From Macrostomum lignano (taxonomy: Eukaryota), in NCBI GenBank assembly GCA_002269645.1, contig NIVC01000248.1, positions 112,413 through 176,412 on the forward strand: a stretch of DNA of 64,000 bases, in the 5' to 3' direction. The translations under genes and the position numbers were made by a program. Below, in pieces: positions 55,753-64,000 of this stretch. The notes under the pieces were generated by a model. That model worked only from the letters and a program-made list of their open reading frames with translations, did not search any database and had not been told where the DNA came from. Position 1 is the stretch's first letter, and each line of letters opens with the position of its first letter.

Positions 55753-58700
55753 TTAGTTCTTCGCTGCATCCTCGACTCCGACTGCAGCTGAGCTGTCCAT
55801 CGCCCCACCGTCTCTGCCCCCGGTTGGCCAGGCGAACAGCGCCGCGCGGAGTGAGCTCTCCAGCTGGCGCTCCATCAGGTCTTCGGACTCGGCGCGGCTG
55901 GTCAGGGAGACCAGGACGTCGTTAACGTGGCGGACTGGGTCTGGAATGATCCGATTGACGAAGAAGCTGCTAGGAGTATGAAGAAAGGTCTTCAGATAAG
56001 AAAATATAGCTCTTAAAAAATAGTCCTTATTACACACTTTAATCATGCAAAAGCTGCAGGCAGGTGTTTCCAATTAAAGAATGCAACCATGCTTTAAGTT
56101 CGTCGCGCAATTCACACCTCGCATTAATTATCGCTCAGCCTGGGCGGGCATACAATTTATAGTACTCCCCCGTCCTTGCTCATCGGTGCGTCCGCCTACG
56201 CATCACTCTTAGCCCTGAATTGATTCGTACTGTTATTTTGTAAATAATTCCGCCCGACTAAAGTGTGAAACAGTTTAATCACAATTGGATGTGACGTACA
56301 GTGCTCGATATACAGTCGTGTTTTCGAATCGGACTTTACTTACCGTCAGTCTCGATCTCGCCAATGTACTCCTGCTCCGCGTCCTTTCGCAGTAGGGACT
56401 TGAACAGCTGCACGATGCTGTCCAGAGTCTGAAAATCCTCTTCGCTAGCCGCCAAATCCGCCAGTCCAGCATAGTAGCTTTCATTTAGCAGTGCCACAAA
56501 AATGTTCACCGCGATGAAGATCATGATTAGCGAGTAGCCAAACAGCAAGAACGTGGCCACAATGGAATGCTTGTTGCCAAAGTTCACATTAAGCTTTCCA
56601 AGCATAACAATGAGCTGCGTGAAGGCGGTATCCGTTATTGACTTGTAGTCTGGTTCGCTGGAGCCCAGCACCAGATAACTGGCAAAGCAGAAAGCAAAGA
56701 AAATGATGAGGAACGCCCAGACGAAGGAATTAAACTGCGAGATTGAGTTCTGCAGAGTTCTACCCAGGTGAGCCAGACTGCGCGAGTACTTCACCGTGTT
56801 TAGAAAGCTGATCTGCGAGAAGAACATAGCTACTCCCAGGCAGTAGTAGAAGGACTCGTCCAGAAACATGACGCTGGTAAGGCCGTTCGTAACGCCTGTG
56901 GCTGAGTTCAGCACTTCCTCTAGCGCAGTGACGGTCATGATGCTTCTGGCCACCAGGCAGCTGAGACCGACTATCATGGCAACTACTGTGGCGAGTCGAA
57001 TCAGGTGCCAAATATTGGTGGAGTATCGCCGGATGCCCTCGAGTCTCCAACTGTAGATCTGTTTGGCCAGCAGGAGGAGAGTGCCGATCGCTGTGAGAAT
57101 CTCGGCGCAGAGGCGAAACACGCCAGTGGCGCCGATGTACCGATAGAGACGGCTGGAGTGCAGGGATATCGAGCTAACTGTACCGCCGAATGGCATCAGT
57201 TCAATCAGTACCGTGAGCGAGGTAAAAAAATTTGTGTCAGGGTAGAATAGATTTGACTCAACCAGGACTGCCCTGGACAGATTCGTGAGCCACTGAGTTT
57301 CCTTAGCCGCAGCGACTGTGCTCAGCGCCTGTGAGAAGCTGCTTGGCAGAGCCAGCACGTACCCGCCGCCTGAATACCATCCGTACTGACCGAAGGTGGA
57401 CCAGCGGGACAGATGCGTGGCCCGAAACGCAGTTTTCAGTGGGTCCGCGTCACTTTCATTGCAAGTCTCACTAGCTCGCCAAGCAACATCGTAGCAGCCC
57501 GTGTCCTCAGAGTCCCGTCCGAATTTTGCTGACACGGCAACGGAATGCCTTGAAAAGTGCGGTCTGATTCGCAGCTGGCGCAGACTGACATGACCCAGTC
57601 GGTAGCCGGTTCCGTCAGCCATGAATTTCAGCTCCTCACTTGACAGCGGCCTGCCATTCACGGCGTTGGTCGGAAAGAACGCTGGCAACGCGACATGCTG
57701 CAGCCAACTGTACACGTCATGGTACTTTTGCACCTGGAGTAAAATAGGTATTCTAGCACTGATTAGGTTGGTAAGATGCAAACAGTTGAATAGTATAGCG
57801 AATGGTAATTACGCTTACCTTATTGAGGCTAAATCCCGGTGAAGACTTGTTTTCCCTGAGCATCCGCCGCAGGTTTTGGTTCAGATAAAATGACTCTGTG
57901 TCCATTGATCCGAAGCAGACGCAGTACAGAAGGAAGATGTAAATAACGCTCAGGATGATTTCAAACAAAGCGCATTTCGCCTTTTTCCTTATTTCGTTTG
58001 AAGCCTCCATTTGCTGAACGACGGATAGGTTTAGGAATCGCTCTGAAATTGTAAAATAATTTTTTACATGTATGCACAGTTCGTAATTGATGTCTCACTT
58101 ACTTAAACAAAGACATTTTTCGTACCTTGAGAGTCGACTATTTGTCTAACTCTAATGCTTGAAGAATCAAGCAAGTCGTAGTCTTTTCTAAGGAACAAAG
58201 CCATAACGAGTCCAATAAGGAGCACTTTGAGTGGCTGGATGATGAGCACAGTTTCAGAAAACGATAGAAAGAACGCTATGAGCCAGGCCTCTGATTTCTC
58301 CTGTCCCCAATCCATCGCGTAGAAAACGATGAAGACACCCGCCGTTACGACACTCGAGAGGAGCAGCACCCAGGCGATATACCGGCACCAGTGCGGCAGC
58401 TGCCAGGTGGTCTCCTGCTGTTCAATGACTGAGTGCTCCTCGCACGATGTCGAGTCCGGATTGAAAATGCGTTTCGGCTGATGCTCAGTTTTCTTTTCCT
58501 CTGGAGAGCTGGACTCCGGCACTTCATAGTCAGAGGGAGCCAACTTTGCCCTAGACTTTAGAAACAATATCACGGTTGCCATGGAAACTGGCATGACTGT
58601 CAGGCTACCCAGAATGGACGTAATAAGAGTACCGTAAGACACTTTAAAGGGTCCTATTGAGAACATCTCAGTTGAGTTGTCGGCAACTCCGTACCTGAAA

Positions 58701-61700
58701 TATAGCAATATTCTACTGTATCATTATATACCGCCATTTGAATATTGCACGAGAATGTTGAAATTGAAAAAAGTTCTCCTACCACATTGCGTTTGCAATC
58801 ATAGTCATGAATAGCAAATTCCAACAGACAGCAAACCGCTCAAGACGACTGAAATTCGACTCAGTTTTCCTGGTAGCAATCGATAGCCACGTGTGATCAT
58901 CCTGCATCCGCCTGCTGAGGTGGTTGCGCGTCAGGTTTTTGGTGTGCTTCAACTCGCTAGAAGACGCGCACTTAATCACAATTTCTTCGTCCGGTGGAAC
59001 AGCATTCTCCCAGACAAAGATGTAACGCCTGTTCGTAGAGCAGTCGGTGACAATGACTCTGCCCAGATACCAGCATCCTGATCCACTTAGAGTGCCCTCG
59101 TAGGACAGGCTTATAGACTTGATATCACCGAGTGGCTCTCGAGCGGTGAATGACAGGTTATCGACGTTTCCAGGAGTGAAATTCTACAATCAATCGATCA
59201 AATATTCCTCGACTCAATTCTGGGAAAAAATAAAAGCCCCCCCACATTATGAGTAGCTCTTACATGTACATTAACCTTATGGTCTGTCAATAGGAACGTA
59301 TAATGAAGAATGAGTTAAGTGAAAGTGTCGCACCCCAGTGGCGCCACGATTCGCTTACCTCACGAAGTCCGTCACTTAAGGTTCTCACTCGGTCGTTGTA
59401 GCGCTGTCCTCGAACTGTGAAGAAGACACCAAGCGGTACCTCACTACCATACGATCCGGTAAACACTTGAACCCTGTAGTTGGCTGCTTCTGCCTTGTCA
59501 TCAACCAGTGGGAGGTACTGAAACTGAATAAGGTGGGGAAATGCTGCAGAGAGCCACCGTACTAATCACTGTAAATAAACAAGCAGTCAGAAACATACCC
59601 TCGAATCGTCCCTCTTGTCGAGTCGACGCAGCAGCACTGCGAATGGCAGAAACAGAACCCAAAGCGTGGCCACCGTGGCAACCACGGCTCTGCTGTCAGC
59701 CAGTTTGCCGCTCCAGTTGTCAAATAGAGTGCCAAAGTCGATGGTGTTCGGCACGAAGGACACACCGGCGCCCAAACTGCCGAACAGATTCACTCGGAAT
59801 GATGCTTTGCTAGCCGTTGCCTCATCGTTTGGCTGAAAGAAAACATTAATGAAGTTATAACTGATATATACTGGAAAATAACATATTTTCAAGTTTTCAA
59901 GTCCTAAAAGCTGAAAATGTTTTGCAAAACTACGTCTGTCTGCCTGACCTAATTCAGTGGGTATCTAAAATCCTTTTCATAGACCTCTCCCGTAGAAATT
60001 CTGCATCAACTATTTACTCTTCCTCTTCACCGAGTGTGCTCAGCAAGACTTGCTTACGTTAGGAACTGATACTCACCTGGCATTCCGCGCTACTCAATCG
60101 AACCCACGAGTCACTGCTGGAGTTCCAGGCGTAGCAGTTCTGAACGACTATTCCAAAACTATACGAAACAGTATGATTAGTGCAGTTTACATTTCTGTTT
60201 TCATCTCTAATGCAGCCGAGTCGTCTCAACCCAACATTGACCGTTTGGTTTGGCAGGAAGCTATCGGCTGGCAGCAGAATCGCTGAGTCACTGCTGCGTT
60301 ACCGAGTGTCTTTGGCATCACGTACTGCCAGGTGCAGTTCATTGGGTCTGGCTTCATTTCGGCCTCGATGAACACTTCGAGCTGGACTCCAGCTTCTGGC
60401 AGATAATCAGTTGTACCGGATCACCAGTTGAAACAAAGCTGTGGTATACCATTAGCGATTGATCAGCAGGTGTAGTCCTGACAGTTTTTAGCTCCATCGA
60501 TCCAGTATCCAGCTTCATCAAATACTCTTTACCAGCTGCGATAGCTGCTGACCTTTTCACACGATGAGCTGAGCAGTTGCTTATCCAGTTACTCAGCACG
60601 GAGGATGAGAGCTGATCAGCGCTTTCGTCCCAGTGATAGGGATTCGCATCTGTAAGGAGAAGCCTAACTGAGCAGCCGTTGGTGCCGATCGAGGACATTC
60701 GTGGCAGTTTGACAGATCCTTGAGTACTCTTAAGAGTCCTTTGAGCTGATCCATCCGTTTCTGCTGCCTGCTCAAGTACCCCGAAGTAGGCGTATCCGGG
60801 CCTCGATACGGTGAACTGAGGACTTGAGTGGAGCAGGAGCTGGCCCAACGAGTCGAACACTGACATAATCGCTCTCATTGTCTCGCGCACGCTGGACTTA
60901 GCGGTCCCTGAGTCCGCCTGCTGCTGACCTGAGCAGCCCCTCTTGCACAGGCCGGATACAGACGCCCTTGTGGCATTCCACACCGCCAATCCGTAGTCCA
61001 TCATTTTTGTGGATACTGCCAGCTGCTCGTTCAAGGACACTTCGTTTTGAAGGCGCCACATATCACCTACCATTTGTGTCAGCTTCTGTTGGGCCATTGT
61101 CTGAAGTTGAAATACCATCGTAGTATGAGCTTTTGAAGTATTGTAATTGCATTTGATACGCACTACGAGCTAAGGCAAACGACTACGGGAACTCACCTGA
61201 GCAGTGAGACTAAATTGCTGCGGCTTCTGAGCACCAAAGATAATGAGGGTGGCCACTCTGTCCACTTCTCCAGCTGTGCTAGTGGGAAAGTCGTTCACGA
61301 CTTTCATGTACCTGTCTCGAAGCTGAAGAGTTGTGAGTTAATATGATTCTAGTACTCTGGAAGATGAAAATCTTTCTAAAAGTTTTGAATAGACTCCAAT
61401 CTGCAAAATATACTTTTATTCAAACCTATTGTTTCAAAGGACTGCTTTTTGTGTGAAAAAAGCTTTCCTTTGAATGAAACTTATAGCAGCTTCAGAAAGT
61501 CCTTGGTTGCCCTATGCCAGTTTCTCAAATATTCCCATGCAAATAAACAATACAATGAGGCCCGAATCTGCGCACCTTCGTCATGTTAGCGGTGAAGAGC
61601 TGCTTCTTTGCTGCGCTCGCACCAGCGCCCTCGCCGTCTTCATTCCAGGCGTTCATCATGCCGGCCACCGTCAGTAGAGTGTTGGACGCCAGCTGGTAGT

Positions 61701-64000
61701 TCCCATCGCTGAGTTGCTGGGCCAGGGCGCTCGCGTTGCCCCACAGAATGAGTGTCAGCTCACGAGTCAGCACCTCAGCCAGGTAATCTGTTATGAAGCT
61801 CTGTAGATGAAACGGTTAGATATTTTTGTTGATTGAATCATGTTGTAGTTTAAATTTCTGGGCGATAAAATGAAATCCACAATTGTAAAATTCACCTTTA
61901 TCGGCACAGTCCTCTCTGTTTTCAGACCAGATGCGTCAGTTATTGTGAAAATGATTTCGGCAGCGAAATCTCTCAAAGGCTCGCCCAGAGGAATAGAGAG
62001 AGCTTCTTTGCAGGAGTCTGTTGTTTCCAGAATGGTCGCCCTCTGGCCCATGTCCCTGCGGTAAAACGCGACTTTGTAACGCAGTGGGCCCAAAGAAATA
62101 TTGCCGAACTCGCGCCAGTCGGTGCATTCGAACTCGTGAGTTGTTTTGCTAGTTTGACCTGCGAGGGTGTGTGTCAGGTGCAGGGGTTTTACAGCGATGG
62201 ATCTGTTTCATGTATAAAAATTGTAAAACCTCTGCCAACTCATTCATAGCACCCTTATATAAATACATGAATTTGAGATTTAGAAGAATAATGCTCAAGC
62301 TACAGACGTAAATCTGTGTAGATCGTACTTACCAACTGTGGGAGTCACAGTGCATGCTCCCCCAACCGGCGGTCCGTTCACAACGACAATGCGCTCCAAT
62401 CTGACACTGTTTTCTGGCATGTAGTTCCACATTCGGCCCTCAACCCGGTAAAAAGTACCAGCAGAAATTTCACTCGGCGGAATGCTCAAACGCCTTCGCC
62501 AGCTCCTCCAACACGACTGCCAAGCTCGGACCAGCTCTCGCTGACTCGAACTATTGTCAGCTCGAAGCCAACGGTTTGAACTTGTTTCCACAATTCGTGT
62601 CACATATCAGCTCAAACGTAATGGCGCGATTCGCAGTGGCTTTGAGCCCGCAGTTATCGACGCACTGCAGTCGGCCCACTGGATTCGGTTGGCTGCGCAC
62701 AGTAAGCAACTTTTTCTGAATCACTTGTCGACTGTCTTTCGCAGACGCATTATGAGCTCGTAAGTGATGTTGGGAAACATGTTGTACGAGCTAATCGAGA
62801 GTGATGCAGCGTGAGACTGATTTCCGCCGAGAATACACCGGGACCATTACCGAAGCATCCTGCCAGAGTAGGCAGAGCCCTCACATCCGATTCCGTTGGA
62901 ATGGAAATGAAGTTGGTAGTTTCGGTCTCTCCAACTCTCAAGCAGACCCACTCAAACTTCATTCCCGTATAGTTGCCTTCCTCTTCGTCCCAATCCCTGG
63001 CTGACACAGACAGTGAAACAGTCGTATTGTAGTCAACGACATCAGGGCCCTGGATGGGTTCCAGATGCAGAGGAGTTTTTGACACATTTACTAGAAACCA
63101 AACCGTTGTAAATACGGGCGGCTTCACTGCAAGATCAACTGTGAGGGACACATTGCAGAGACCGTATGGCAGCGACCTGCGGATCAAGGAGCAGCGCTCT
63201 TCATCTCGAGTGCAAATTTGTAGTGAAGCATCCTTGGTAGATACCTGCCATCGATTGGTCAAATTCGTTTGCTTGGTGCAGTTAAAAGCATTCTCACTGG
63301 TTACATTGACGTCTTCCGATCTCAGTGTTTGAATGATCTGATCTGCCAGCAGCAGTCCCGGGGGGCTTGAGCCGAACAGTTTCACAACGGGGTGGAAGCA
63401 AGGCCAGTCGATCACAGATGCTGTCAGTGATGCGGTGTCGTTGCTGACCTCATTGTATGCCTCGACAGTCACTAAGTAGTCATCGTATGTTGGAAATACA
63501 CGACTCCAACTTAAGCTCAAATTAAAGTGATTGATCTCCTTGAATGACCTGCCCTCAGCCTCAGCAATGGAGCGACAGCGTGAGAAGCCGAACATGTCTT
63601 CAGATAAGGTACCGTTGTATCTAACTATGATGCAGCTGTCGGCACCAATTCGCTTCATTTTCAGGTGGAATTCAGTTGGAAACGTATCCCAAACGGTTCC
63701 GTTCGTAGTGAAATTTGCGATGATTACAGCGTCTAACTCAATTTCAATCGAATAGTTTCGAACTATTGGTATCGCTGACAGCGGGTTTCTGCACGTCATC
63801 GCAACATACTGTTGTCCAATAGATTCCTTTGGAAATGTAAACGATACCGTCTCATTGGATTGATCAGTAAGTCTCGGATTGAAGGTTCGTCTAGAACCAA
63901 AATTGGAGAATTGAAAATCACACAACACAAGACTGCTGGTGTGATTCGGCAGGTTGGTAAATAAAGAAGTTGGAAATTCCGGGCAAGTACAAGACAACTT
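55753..64000 (-). CDS. PKD1L: Polycystin-1-like protein (PKD/REJ - GAIN/GPS - TM1 - PLAT - TM2-5 - TOP - channel TMs); 5' part outside window; several frameshifts
   Basis: Exons (minus): >64000-62333, 62158-61896, 61800-61576, 61322-61197, 61100-60077, 59832-59599, 59517-59359, 59183-58783, 58694-~58126, ~58042-57819, 57733-56344, ~55969-55753. Motifs: REJ CFGNGPG and C.DNC, GPS CYAWN...W...C, VPNTIDF, PLAT Y.VQVFTG...WYLGRVIVTD, DDHTWLSI...NFSRLERF, YAMDWGQEKSEAWL, LRQLR, TRAV/SRAVLVE, polycystin channel helices. The last two junctions have phase conflicts. Confidence 0.92.

Overview
Eukaryotic (metazoan) genomic DNA, not prokaryotic. GC-rich spliced exons are interleaved with a very high density of mini/microsatellites and AT-rich, CpG-poor islands. 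The style and gene set suggest a free-living flatworm such as Macrostomum (inference only). Genes reconstructed by hand with GT-AG boundaries and phase checks: the last exon of an insulin-receptor-superfamily tyrosine kinase (1-195, +); an intronless HD-like/DUF5662-type ORF (5394-6314, +); Rabaptin-5 with a C-terminal FYVE-like domain (7 exons, 15206-8622, -); a secreted PAN/Apple-like + fibrinogen-domain protein (4 exons, 28051-29533, +); a Wnt ligand (5 exons, 36096-31577, -, one frameshift); an HR96/NR1J-type nuclear receptor (3 exons, 46278-48675, +); an orphan type II membrane protein with a coding repeat (54207-53338, -); and the 3' part of a polycystin-1-like gene (>64000-55753, -, several frameshifts). 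Most long ORFs in the supplied track are artefacts of tandem repeats. Best leads: (1) the prokaryote/virus-type HD-like gene in an AT-rich island; (2) an intronic minisatellite whose unit contains the real splice acceptor; (3) two intronic arrays sharing a core in inverted orientation around Rabaptin exons 3-4; (4) a Helitron-like element carrying telomeric repeats that appears to have seeded a satellite; (5) a cleavage-dead GPS plus a furin site in the polycystin. No rRNA, tRNA or CRISPR array could be supported.
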